From NCBI GenBank assembly GCA_963785505.1, contig CAWAVN010000015.1:82918-146917 (forward strand): DNA of 64,000 bases. Direction: 5' to 3'. Position 1 is the first letter of the stretch; each line of letters starts with the position of its first letter. This DNA comes from an uncultured Planctomycetaceae bacterium (GTDB taxonomy: Bacteria; Planctomycetota; Planctomycetia; Planctomycetales; Planctomycetaceae). Positions 10,781 to 21,492 of this stretch are shown here, piece by piece. Both the position numbers and the translations under genes were made by a program. The notes beneath the pieces were generated by a model. That model had not been told where the DNA came from, did no database searches, and saw only the letters and a list, made by a program, of their open reading frames with translations.

Positions 10781-12392
10781 TCGCGAAAGCCGCGAGAAAA
10801 CGGAAGGTTGTGGATTCCCAAAACATCGGTTGGGATGGGTGTCCGTTCGTCGCGAAGTGCGCCGGTTCGGCATGCGAGACGAAGGGCGAACCGTGTCCCG
10901 CCTCTTCGGTTGAGGATTGGTTTTGCTGTTCGGGAAGAGGATCGAGTTCGCTGCCGTTGCTTTCTTCGGTGGCGAGAATTTCCTGAGCCAAGACGGGTTT
11001 GCCGGAGAGTTCCGAAGCAATCATGCGGATCATCAACTGATTGAGCGGTTCGACTTCGTACTTGGGAGCGTGCGGTTTCGCGTGGGGGTTGCCCACGCCG
11101 GAATGATCGGTCAGAAACAGGTATTGCCCCCGCGTGAGGAATGCCATCGCCCGCATCAGAAATTCGCATTCTTGCATCGGACCGCTGCCCGCGAGCGGAT
11201 AAACCGCCACGCCCTTTCGCCTTAACTCTTCTACGGCGTTCATCGCACGTTGGTAGTGCGGCGGATGCGGCGAGGCATCGGCCACTAAAAACAGCACGCG
11301 GGCGGTGTTCTTCTTTCGCCAACTCAGTTTGTTGGCATTCTCCAAAGCCAAGTGCATGGCTTCGGGCAAATCCCCGCCGCCTCTTGCCGATTGCTCGGCG
11401 AGCCGGGCGCGAAAATCGGGCAGGGACGCGGTGAAATCAATCGCGTTTCGCACCACGTATTCATCGCCTTCATCGCGGTAGACGATTAAGGCATAACGCT
11501 GCTCGACATCCGGGAACATACGATGCACCCTGGCCGCGATGTTGTCGAGTTCCACCTTCAAGTAATTCAGTTCATCAGCCATGCTCTGCGTGGTATCTAC
11601 GAGGAATGCCAGATCGAGTTTTTGCGGGAGCTGCCGGGTCGCATCCGGAAGGTCCACAACCCAAGGCGATTGCGAAACCGAGACTTGCCGAGTGATGGCT
11701 TTTTTGCCCTGCGGATGGATCGTCAATTCGAAGGATTTTTCGTTCCCGGCGGTTGGGGCATCCCACCCGGAGGCGAAAAAAGTTTTGCCATCCGCCCTCG
11801 TGTAAGTGTCCAACAATACGCCTTTATTCGCAGCGGCGTTTTGCCCGATCTCGCGGATGGTAATTTGCGCATCCGCAACCCCGTTGCCTTGGGCGTCGCG
11901 AACTTCAATCATTACCCGTTCGCCTAATGTGAAAGGCGGCAAATTGCGACCGGCAGCAGATTGCTGGGCTTGGGAAAGATACTCGCGGTAATCGTCCAGG
12001 TTTTGTTGATCGTTCAAACTGCCCGCCGTCAGCGTGCCCGCTTGAATTTGCGGCTGAACTTGCTGGCGTTTCGGTTCCCGATGTTTCTCGGCGGCGGGTT
12101 TGGCTTTGGCGGGGATGAGAAGATCGGCGGGTTTGTCACTGCGGGGCGGTTCGGCCTTGGCAAAATCTCGTGTGTAACCGTCCGTGGCTTCCGGAGCGGG
12201 GCTGCTGCTGGGCAATGTGGCGACCCCTTCCGCCGGTGCCGCGGCCTTTTCTCCGGCATCCGAGCTTGCCATATCCGAAAAACGAGTTTCGGCCTTGGTT
12301 TCTGCGGCTTGTTTGGCTTGCTGGACTTTTCCACAACCAGAGATCAGAAACGCCGCCATCAAGGCCAAGAGGGGGAGTTGAAAGCAGCGCAT
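10737..12392 (-). CDS. von Willebrand factor A (vWA) domain lipoprotein
   Basis: The ATG at 12392 gives the lipobox MRCFQLPLLALMAAFLISGC. vWA/MIDAS core: DLAFLVDTTQSMADEL...LFLVADASPH. C-terminal TM segment FLAAFAIIGGILLL. The track ORF extends to 12605. Confidence 0.85.
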   Translation of the reverse strand: MRCFQLPLLALMAAFLISGCGKVQQAKQAAETKAETRFSDMASSDAGEKAAAPAEGVATLPSSSPAPEATDGYTRDFAKAEPPRSDKPADLLIPAKAKPAAEKHREPKRQQVQPQIQAGTLTAGSLNDQQNLDDYREYLSQAQQSAAGRNLPPFTLGERVMIEVRDAQGNGVADAQITIREIGQNAAANKGVLLDTYTRADGKTFFASGWDAPTAGNEKSFELTIHPQGKKAITRQVSVSQSPWVVDLPDATRQLPQKLDLAFLVDTTQSMADELNYLKVELDNIAARVHRMFPDVEQRYALIVYRDEGDEYVVRNAIDFTASLPDFRARLAEQSARGGGDLPEAMHLALENANKLSWRKKNTARVLFLVADASPHPPHYQRAMNAVEELRRKGVAVYPLAGSGPMQECEFLMRAMAFLTRGQYLFLTDHSGVGNPHAKPHAPKYEVEPLNQLMIRMIASELSGKPVLAQEILATEESNGSELDPLPEQQNQSSTEEAGHGSPFVSHAEPAHFATNGHPSQPMFWESTTFRFLAAFAIIGGILLLDQRLRG

Positions 12393-12688
12393 GATGTGTT
12401 CCTTCTGCTGAAACCCGGAAACGGCCGAGATTTGGCCCGCGAAGTGTTTGTGTGCTCCACAAGGGAAGACGCATTTTGCGATTCGATAATTCCCCCAAAA
12501 TCTTGGGTTTCCGTTCAGAATCGCCAATTCCCGGCGGAACAGCTCGTCTGCCAAATTGGGAAACCAGCCTTGGGAAAGCGGCAGAATCCGCGCGTAGACT
12601 GCCAACTTGGCAGGTTGGCGTTGAGGCGAGATTTCAACAATTCACCTCAAGTCATTGAAGGAATGAAACTTAGAGAAATTGGCCCGTG

Positions 12689-12704
12689 TTGGCACGGGCC
12701 TTGC
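12689..12704 (+). promoter_or_regulatory. Candidate sigma-54 (-24/-12) promoter upstream of groEL-1
   Basis: TGGCAC-GGGCC-TTGCT matches the consensus TGGCAC-N5-TTGCW exactly, 130 nt upstream of the groEL-1 start on the same strand. The same bases belong to the palindrome GGCCCGTG-TTGG-CACGGGCC, so this could equally be a simple hairpin. Confidence 0.35.
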
Positions 12705-12824
12705 TGACACAGGAGGGGATCGCGTTGTATTGTCAAAACCGGCGTGAGACCGAATGACCCGACGTCCCATTGCGGTTGCGGGTTGTCGTTCACGCATTTT
12801 ATTCGGCCCAATCGAAATGGTTGA

Positions 12825-14530
<1,706 letters not shown>

Positions 14531-14638
14531 GGCCGTTCCAACCCCGTTTTCTAGTTATTGCGTCTCAAACGAATCTTCTTCTTTCAATTTCACATAGACC
14601 CTGTTGGCCTGCCAACAATTGCGAATGGAGCCTGAAAC

Positions 14639-14930
14639 ATGGAACTGACCCCCCTCGATGACCGCGTTGTTGTGGAACCGCTCTCCGCCGAAGAAACCAC
14701 CGCCGGCGGAATTGTGCTGCCCGGATGCCGCCCAAGAAAAACCCCAACGCGGAACCGTCAAAGCCGTCGGCCCCGGCCGCCTGCTCGATTCCGGCGAACG
14801 CTGCCCGGTTTCCGTAGTCATCGGCGACCAAGTGTTGTTCGGCAAATACGGCGGCAACGACATCGAAATCGAAGGCGTCGAAGTCAAAATCCTCCGCGAA
14901 AGCGACATCCTGGCGAAAATTGTCAGTTGA
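14639..14930 (+). CDS. groES: Co-chaperonin GroES; one frame break near 14722
   Basis: The ATG at 14639 gives MELTPLDDRVVVEPLSAEETTAGGIVLP. After an apparent extra G (CTGCCCGGATGCC) the protein continues in ORF 14658..14930 as DAAQEKPQRGTVKAVGPGRLLDSGERCPVSVVIGDQVLFGKYGG...ILAKIV. Confidence 0.9.
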
Positions 14931-15052
14931 ACTTGGTTCTTGGAAATTTGTCCTTGAAAATGTGAAATAAATGACAAATCTCAACCAAAACCTAAACCGC
15001 GTCCGATTCTAAAAAAACCTCTCCCGTATTTACCCGCCAGGAGTTTCCTATC

Positions 15053-16669
15053 GTGGCAAAACAACTCTTATTTGAAGACCGTGCCCGGCTCAAGCTGAAG
15101 CACGGCGTGGACATCCTCGCCGATGCCGTCGCCTCGACGATGGGGCCGACGGGTCGCAACGTAATCATCGACAAAAGTTTCGGCAACCCGGTCGTCACCA
15201 AAGACGGCGTGACCGTCAGCAAGGAAGTCGAACTGGAAGACCCTTACGAAAACATGGGGGCCAAGCTCGTCAACGAAGTCGCCCAGAAAACCAGCGACAT
15301 GGCCGGCGATGGAACCACCACCGCCACCGTGCTGGCCCGGGCGATTTACGAAGAAGGTCTTCGCAGCCTGACCTTGGGAGCCAACCCGATGGTTGTTCGG
15401 CGGGGGATTGATAAAGCCGTCGAAGCCGCCGTCGAAACCCTCGTCGGTTTGGCGAAGCCCGTCGATTCCAAGCAGCAAATCGCCCAAGTCGGCGCGATCT
15501 CCGCCAACAACGACAAGAAGATCGGCGACTTGATTGCCGAGGCAATGGAAAAAGTCGGCCGCGACGGCGTGATTACCGTTGAAGAAGGCAAAGGCAACGA
15601 AACCACGCTCGAACTCGCGGATGGTTTGCAGTTCGACAAAGGCTTTCTCTCGCCTTACTTCGTGACCGATCCCGAAACCATGTCGGCGGTTTTGGAAGAC
15701 TGCTTCATCCTGATCTACGAAAAGAAGGTTTCCTCGCTCAGGGATCTGATTCCGATTTTGGAAAAAGTCGCCCACTCCGGCAAACCGTTGATGATTATCT
15801 CCGAAGACGTGGAAGGCGAAGCCCTCACCGCGTTGGTGGTCAATAAACTTCGCGGCGTGTTGAACGTGTGCGCCGTTAAGGCTCCCGGTTTTGGCGACCG
15901 CCGCAAAGCCATGCTCGGCGACATCGCGGTGCAAACCGGCGGCACGCTGCTGTCGGAAGACTTGGGCATCAAGCTCGAAAGCGTGGAACTTTCGCATTTA
16001 GGCCAAGCCCGCAAAATCGAAGTCACCAAAGATAGCTGCACGATTATCGAAGGCAAAGGCGATGCGGATAAGATCAAAGCCCGCGTCGATCAGATCCGCA
16101 ATCACATCAAAGCCACCGACAGCGAATACGACCGCGAGAAGTTCCAAGAACGCCTCGCGAAAATGACCGGCGGCGTGGCGATTATCTCAGTCGGGGCTTC
16201 CACCGAAGCCGAGATGAAGCAAACCAAAGCCCGCATGGAAGATGCCCTGCACGCAACGCGGGCCGCCGTCGAAGAAGGCATTCTGCCCGGCGGCGGCGTG
16301 GCCTTGTTGCGTTGCATCGAAGCCGCCAAAGACGTGAAAGCCAAAGGCGACGAGAAAATTGGCGTTCACATCATCGCCAAAGCCTTGGAAGCTCCGATTC
16401 GTCAAATCGCGGGCAACTGCGGCCAAGATGGTTCGGTGATCGCCGACGAAGTTCGGCAACTCGCAGGCAACATGGGTTTCGATGCCAACACCGGCGAATA
16501 CGTGGACATGCTGGAAGCCGGGATCATCGACCCCGCCAAAGTCGTGAAAAATGCCCTCGCGAACGCAGCCTCCATCGCCGGTTTGATGTTGACCACGCAA
16601 GTCCTCGTAACCCGCACCGATGAACTCGACGGCGGCCACAAATCCAAAGTCGAAGGAGCCGTCCGCTAA
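15053..16669 (+). CDS. groL: Chaperonin GroEL (paralogue 2, no GGM tail)
   Basis: Intact 538-aa ORF: [73 protein letters not shown]...[11 protein letters not shown]. Confidence 0.97.
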   Translation: MAKQLLFEDRARLKLKHGVDILADAVASTMGPTGRNVIIDKSFGNPVVTKDGVTVSKEVELEDPYENMGAKLVNEVAQKTSDMAGDGTTTATVLARAIYEEGLRSLTLGANPMVVRRGIDKAVEAAVETLVGLAKPVDSKQQIAQVGAISANNDKKIGDLIAEAMEKVGRDGVITVEEGKGNETTLELADGLQFDKGFLSPYFVTDPETMSAVLEDCFILIYEKKVSSLRDLIPILEKVAHSGKPLMIISEDVEGEALTALVVNKLRGVLNVCAVKAPGFGDRRKAMLGDIAVQTGGTLLSEDLGIKLESVELSHLGQARKIEVTKDSCTIIEGKGDADKIKARVDQIRNHIKATDSEYDREKFQERLAKMTGGVAIISVGASTEAEMKQTKARMEDALHATRAAVEEGILPGGGVALLRCIEAAKDVKAKGDEKIGVHIIAKALEAPIRQIAGNCGQDGSVIADEVRQLAGNMGFDANTGEYVDMLEAGIIDPAKVVKNALANAASIAGLMLTTQVLVTRTDELDGGHKSKVEGAVR

Positions 16670-16697
16670 CCGACGGTACTCATTGAATAAAACCCCC

Positions 16698-16746
16698 AAA
16701 CCCCGGTTTCGCCGAATCCCCTTCGGCACCGGGGTTTCTTTTTTTC
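16698..16746 (+). terminator. Rho-independent terminator after groEL-2
   Basis: AAACCCCGGT...(inner GCCGAA-TCCCC-TTCGGC)...ACCGGGGTTT is followed by CTTTTTTTT. Confidence 0.8.
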
Positions 16747-16834
16747 AGTTGTGAAAAGTGATAGACCTTTGGGATGCGCTTTGGGGTCTATTAAGTGTTT
16801 GCCAATCAAACCAAGAAACAGGAGGATCATACGA

Positions 16835-17329
16835 ATGAACCGAGAGATCTTCTGGGCGATTATCGACGATGCCCGCAAGATCGTCGATGATGTGTACGAC
16901 GTCGCTCCCGCCACAACCGAGATACTCAAAGGATTCTCTCCCGAGGAGATCATTTCTTTCAAACAGCATCAATACGAATTGCTCAACGAATCCTATCGTT
17001 GGGATCTATGGGCTGTCGGGTATATCGTTAACGGGGGATGTTCGGATGATGGGTTCGAGTATTTCCGCGCATGGCTCATGGCAAATGGCCGCGAACGATG
17101 GGAAACGGCAATGAAGAACCCAGAAGCTATCGGCGACTGGGCGGAACCGGATGAAGCGGACTACGAAGACATGCTTTACGTTGCGGTTGAAGCCTATAAA
17201 GCGAAAACTGGTGAAGACTTTCCCTACGATCAGGTAACGACCAATCGCTCATCCGATCCCGCCGGTGAACCCTGGGAAGATGATGAACTTGAAACAATGT
17301 ATCCGAAGCTGTATGAGAAGTTCTTCTGA
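16835..17329 (+). CDS. DUF4240 domain-containing protein
   Basis: An AGGAGG RBS precedes the ATG at 16835. MNREIFWAIIDDARK...FSPEEIISFKQHQYELLNESYRWDLWAVGYIVNGGCSDDGFEYFRAWLMANGRERWE matches my memory of DUF4240. Confidence 0.75.
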   Translation: MNREIFWAIIDDARKIVDDVYDVAPATTEILKGFSPEEIISFKQHQYELLNESYRWDLWAVGYIVNGGCSDDGFEYFRAWLMANGRERWETAMKNPEAIGDWAEPDEADYEDMLYVAVEAYKAKTGEDFPYDQVTTNRSSDPAGEPWEDDELETMYPKLYEKFF

Positions 17330-17368
17330 TAATCCGGTAACTGACGACTACGATGGAGTTCCATCCGT

Positions 17369-17800
17369 TTGGAAGATTTTACAGACCTGATTGAAGAGCA
17401 TCCTGAGGGGCCGGAACAAGCACACCGGGAAACATCGCAACCGTTCGGTTTGGATCCCGATGCAAACAGAATCGGGCTGGCGGTTATGTTGGGAGTGGTG
17501 TTTTTGCCGGTCGGTTTAATGGTGGGCACAATGCGGTGGTGCATCACCCCCACTTTGGATGCGGATCTGAAATGGATTCTCACCAAGTTTTGCGATACCG
17601 TTTTATTCTTTTGCATCGCGTTGCCCATCAGCCCGTTATTGCCCGGTGATTGGGGCATCTGGTTATCGCAGAAAGCTTGCAAAAGTTTATGGCGATTGTT
17701 GATGGTCGCCAAATGGATCGGAATTTTCACCATGACTGCCGCCACCATCGCCTCCCTCGGTTATTGCTTCTGGATGCTCTGGAAAGTCGTGAGTGGCTAA
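17369..17800 (+). CDS. Hypothetical membrane protein
   Basis: 143-aa ORF with a TTG start and 3-4 predicted TM segments (IGLAVMLGVVFLPVGLMVG; VLFFCIALPISPLL; IGIFTMTAATIASLGYCFWMLW). No family recognised. Confidence 0.5.
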   Translation: MEDFTDLIEEHPEGPEQAHRETSQPFGLDPDANRIGLAVMLGVVFLPVGLMVGTMRWCITPTLDADLKWILTKFCDTVLFFCIALPISPLLPGDWGIWLSQKACKSLWRLLMVAKWIGIFTMTAATIASLGYCFWMLWKVVSG

Positions 17801-17910
17801 TTCGTTGGGCGTTTACAGCACAGCAAAACATCAAAGCAACCTTCGCTAGTCGCGATCGCCCACGATACAACTATTACGAGTTCCGCCCACCGGATGTCAA
17901 AGTGAGATGC

Positions 17911-18129
17911 TTATTCGGGGCCGAGGTATTGGAAGCGGGGGACGAGTTCGCCTTGGATTTCTACGGATTCCAGGAACATGGTTTTCGGGCGGACCCAGAG
18001 ATCGCGGTCGCCGTAATCGGGCCGATAGACGACGAGTTCTTCTTCGGTCTCGCTGTGCCGAGCCACGCCGATCACGATGTACTCGCTGCCTTTGTAATGC
18101 CGATAACGTCCGCTTTGCATGGTGTCCAT
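17911..18129 (-). CDS. DUF1653 domain-containing protein
   Basis: The ATG at 18129 lies inside ORF 17911..18405. MDTMQSGRYRHYKGSEYIVIGVARHSETEEELVVYRPDYGDRDLWVRPKTMFLESV is the characteristic DUF1653 sequence. Confidence 0.8.
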   Translation of the reverse strand: MDTMQSGRYRHYKGSEYIVIGVARHSETEEELVVYRPDYGDRDLWVRPKTMFLESVEIQGELVPRFQYLGPE

Positions 18130-18261
18130 TGGGGCGGCTGGGGAGGATTGGGAACCATTGTCTTTCCCGTAATCTATCAACCGAATTGGCGGCAGGCTAT
18201 GATGGGTGCTTTGCAAAAGTATCTTTGATTTAATCGAACGCACAGCGGAAGTAGGAACGCA

Positions 18262-19119
18262 ATGAACCACGCGGAGGCGGAACCCGGCGGAGTGGAAGTG
18301 GCGGTGCTGGCCAGCGGGAGTTCGGGGAACGCCTGTTTGCTGAGGGTGGATGGGTTTGGGCTTTTGATCGATGCCGGGCTGGGACCGCAAAAACTCATCA
18401 CCCAACTTAAGAAGGTCGGGGCGGGTTGGCCTTCCATCAAAGCGATGATTTTAACCCACACCCACGGGGACCATTGGAACGACCGCACCTTATCGCGTTT
18501 GTCGCGATTGGGGATTCCCTTTTATTGCCACCGCGAACATCAACCCCGGCTCTCGAAGATCGGCAATGGGTTCGCGCAGTTGCGGGCGGCGAAATTGGTG
18601 CGGTATTTCCGCGAGGAAGACGCTTTGCAATTCGCGGGAGGGCTTTGCTGCCGGGCTGTTCCGGTCAAACACGATAGCGGGCCGACGTTCGGCTTTCGCT
18701 TCGAGCGTTCGCAATCTCTGTTTGCTGCGGCCTGGGCGATGGGCTACGCTTCGGATTTGGGAACTTGGGATGAAACCGTGGCCGCTGCCTTCGCCAACGT
18801 GGATGTGCTGGCCTTGGAGTTCAATCACGATGAAGAACTGCAAAAAAACAGCCGGCGATCTTGGCAGTTGATCGAACGAGTTCTCGGCGATGAGGGCCAT
18901 CTCTCCAACAACCAAGCCGCGAATCTCACGGTGGAGATCGTCAACCGTTCGATTCCTCATCGGTTAAAGGCATTGGTGCAACTGCATCTCAGCCGGGATT
19001 GCAATCGCCCGCATTTGGCCCAAGAAAGCGCGGCCTCGGCACTCGCCGAGATTTCTCCCGCGTGCGAAATCCACACCGCAAACCAGCACGACCCGTTGAC
19101 TGTATGCGGTAGGCGGTAG
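18262..19119 (+). CDS. MBL-fold metallo-hydrolase
   Basis: 285-aa ORF. VAVLASGSSGNACLL...LLIDAGLG...ILTHTHGDHW is the HxHxDH motif. Confidence 0.85.
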   Translation: MNHAEAEPGGVEVAVLASGSSGNACLLRVDGFGLLIDAGLGPQKLITQLKKVGAGWPSIKAMILTHTHGDHWNDRTLSRLSRLGIPFYCHREHQPRLSKIGNGFAQLRAAKLVRYFREEDALQFAGGLCCRAVPVKHDSGPTFGFRFERSQSLFAAAWAMGYASDLGTWDETVAAAFANVDVLALEFNHDEELQKNSRRSWQLIERVLGDEGHLSNNQAANLTVEIVNRSIPHRLKALVQLHLSRDCNRPHLAQESAASALAEISPACEIHTANQHDPLTVCGRR

Positions 19120-19137
19120 GCAGAACCGAAAACTAAC

Positions 19138-19545
19138 ATGAAAATACAAAACTCGCATCTTTATGAATTGGGGAAAGTGACCGTGTTTCACGTGCCTTCC
19201 CATAAGCTGGATGATCCGCGATATTTTCCGCAAGATCCCGCTGTGGAAGTGGAAGATGGTCCCCGCAAGGTGAGCGCACAAACGGCACGGTCTACGATTC
19301 ACGAGTTTCTGATCCATCATTTCCGCGCCTACACGCAAACGCCCACGCCGGTGAAAGGCTGCTGGGTCGATCCTTCGGGCCAACTGGTGCATGATGTGAT
19401 GGAACGCTTTGAAGTCTCGTTCGAGACCGAAGGCGAGTTCGAACAGTTAATCGCCTTTCTGGTCGAGACCTGCGACCGCCTGAAAGAAGAAGCGATTTAC
19501 GTCACGCGAGGCGACCGCAGTTTCTTGGTCCATCGCGGAACGTGA
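19138..19545 (+). CDS. Hypothetical protein
   Basis: 135-aa ORF starting 19 nt after the MBL gene on the same strand. Composition looks coding; no family recognised. Confidence 0.5.
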   Translation: MKIQNSHLYELGKVTVFHVPSHKLDDPRYFPQDPAVEVEDGPRKVSAQTARSTIHEFLIHHFRAYTQTPTPVKGCWVDPSGQLVHDVMERFEVSFETEGEFEQLIAFLVETCDRLKEEAIYVTRGDRSFLVHRGT

Positions 19546-19562
19546 ACGGGTGAACTTGTCGG

Positions 19563-20915
19563 TTACAAATCGATTCCCAGTTCTTCGATTTTGCGGTAGA
19601 GGCTGGAGAGGCCGAGTTTTAAGCGTTTGGCGGCTTCGCGTTTGTCGGGGCATTGCCTTAACACGCGGGTGATGTGCAGCCGTTCGTAATGCCTTAAGGC
19701 CGAACGCAGTTCATCGTTGTTGGGCAAAGGGCCGGCTAATCCCACGAGTTCCGGGGGCAGATCTTTGGGGCCGATGCGTTCGCCGTCGCACATCATCACG
19801 GCCCGTTCGATGGCGTTGTCCAACTGCCGCACGTTGCCTTTCCACTCCGCCGACATCAACAGCCGAATCGTTTCGCTGGTGGCTCCGATCACGCGCTTGC
19901 CCATCGAGATTGAATGCTTGCCGATAAAGAACTCGACCAATTCGGGGATGTCGTCCAAGCGTTCGCGGAGCGGCGGGATGTGAATTCGCATGCCGTTTAA
20001 GCGGTAGAACAAATCTTCTTGAAACCCGCCCTCTGCCACATCTTGCACCAGATCGTGCGTGGTCGAGGCGATAATGCGGGCCTTCACTCGTGCGGTTTCC
20101 GAACCGCCCACCGGCATGATTTCCTGATATTCCATCGCCCGCAACAACTCCGCTTGAATGCCCGCCGGCAACAGCGTGACTTCATCGAAATACACCGTGC
20201 CCTCGCCCGCGTGCCGGAAGAGTCCCGGTTTTTCGTTGCTGCCGGTGGGGGCGTGCGAACCGAAGAGTTGGCTTTCCAAAAGTTCCACGGGGCGGTTCCC
20301 GCAATTGACGGCGAAGAATTTTTCCTCCCGCTTGGGGCCGGCGGCGTGAATCGCCCGCGCGAACAATTCCTTGCCCGTTCCGGTCTCGCCGACCAACAGC
20401 ACGTTCGCATTCGTGGCGGCGACTTTGCGAATTGTTTCTTGCAGTTCATTAAGCACCCGGCTGCTGCCGATGATCCGGTCGAACCCGCCGTGCCTCGCCA
20501 ACTCGCGGCGGAGGTGTTGGTTTTCCAAATGCAGTTCGCGGTAGCGAAACAGCCGTTCCAACTTGTTGTGCAGATCCTGGAAGATCACCGGCTTGACCAG
20601 ATAATCGAAGGCCCCCGCTTTGAAGGCTTCGACCGCGCTTTCCACGGTGGCGTATGCGGTGATGATCAGCACGAAGGTGTCCATGTGCAACTGTTGCAGC
20701 CGGCGGAGAACCGCGATGCCATCGCCATCGGGTAGTTGCACATCGCAGATGGCGACGTCGAAATCGCGTTCGCGGGCTTGATGAAACGCCTCTTCCGCCG
20801 TCGCCGCCGTCTTGACGTAAAAACCCTGGTGCGTCAAGAACTCTTGCAAGCTCTGCCGAATGATGTCTTCGTCTTCGACAATTAAAATGGAACGGGAAGT
20901 TCTCATGGGATTCAT
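19563..20915 (-). CDS. NtrC-family response regulator (REC + AAA+ + Fis-type HTH) with a degenerate GAFTGA loop
   Basis: The ATG at 20915 lies in ORF 19563..21188. REC domain: ILIVEDEDIIRQ...DVAICDVQLPDGDG. Walker A LLVGETGTGKELFARAIH, Walker B GTVYFDEV. C-terminal HTH REAAKRLKLGLSSLYRKIEELGI. The sigma-54-contact loop reads LFGSHAPTGSNEKP rather than GAFTGA. Confidence 0.88.
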   Translation of the reverse strand: MNPMRTSRSILIVEDEDIIRQSLQEFLTHQGFYVKTAATAEEAFHQARERDFDVAICDVQLPDGDGIAVLRRLQQLHMDTFVLIITAYATVESAVEAFKAGAFDYLVKPVIFQDLHNKLERLFRYRELHLENQHLRRELARHGGFDRIIGSSRVLNELQETIRKVAATNANVLLVGETGTGKELFARAIHAAGPKREEKFFAVNCGNRPVELLESQLFGSHAPTGSNEKPGLFRHAGEGTVYFDEVTLLPAGIQAELLRAMEYQEIMPVGGSETARVKARIIASTTHDLVQDVAEGGFQEDLFYRLNGMRIHIPPLRERLDDIPELVEFFIGKHSISMGKRVIGATSETIRLLMSAEWKGNVRQLDNAIERAVMMCDGERIGPKDLPPELVGLAGPLPNNDELRSALRHYERLHITRVLRQCPDKREAAKRLKLGLSSLYRKIEELGIDL

Positions 20916-21001
20916 TTTGGTTCCGTAGTCTGTAGAGCGGGGCGTGATCCATCGCGATCCACCACGGTTTCGACAATTCGTTTCTGCGGCCTGTGATCGG
21001 T

Positions 21002-21421
21002 TCAGAGATCGCGTCCTTGCCACAATGCCATCAGCGAACCGGCAATGATCGGCCCTCCGAGTGCGATGGAGATGAGCCAGTCTCCCAATCCCTGCTTGAT
21101 GCCGGCGAATGTGACCACGAGCAGGGGAGTCGCCATGATATACACTCCGATCAGCACACAAAGCAGCAGCGAAGCGCGTTTCGTCCATTGCATGAAGCCC
21201 GAGCCGTGGACTCCCAATTCAACAAACAGCTCCCGCAAACTCACAATGGCGAATGTGATCGCCAACACCCAAATCCACATGGCAATCCCAAACGGAGCCG
21301 TCGTGCGGATGCGGAGCAAAAACGTTCCGAGAGCGGCGAGTAAACCGGCTCCTAAAACGATCACATTGACCACATGATGTCGATTCTTTTCCGACCGGTC
21401 ATTCATAATTAAGCCGCTCAC
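21002..21421 (-). CDS. Hypothetical membrane protein (4 predicted TM segments) between the kinase and the regulator
   Basis: 139-aa ORF with hydrophobic segments VVNVIVLGAGLLAALGTFLL, GIAMWIWVLAITFAIV, LLLCVLIGVYIMATPLLVV and WLISIALGGPIIAGSLMAL. Confidence 0.6.
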   Translation of the reverse strand: MSGLIMNDRSEKNRHHVVNVIVLGAGLLAALGTFLLRIRTTAPFGIAMWIWVLAITFAIVSLRELFVELGVHGSGFMQWTKRASLLLCVLIGVYIMATPLLVVTFAGIKQGLGDWLISIALGGPIIAGSLMALWQGRDL

Positions 21422-21492
21422 GCGATATGTTCCAGCTAGGGGATGGCAAAGTTCCTCTTAGAGATTTGGAATTTCACTCAGGAATCAGGAAT

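Noticed and set aside
9850-11020. Competing ORFs around the secreted Q/P-rich gene: 9850..10755(+), 10014..10721(+), 10004..11020(-).
   Set aside because: Only the 10154 frame has an RBS plus a signal peptide. The others are Arg/Ser/Pro-rich with no start context. Confidence in the chosen frame is still only moderate.
17650-18228. 192-aa plus-strand ORF overlapping the DUF1653 gene.
   Set aside because: It is antisense to a short gene with a very characteristic family sequence (YRHYKGSEY...), and its own product has no recognisable features.
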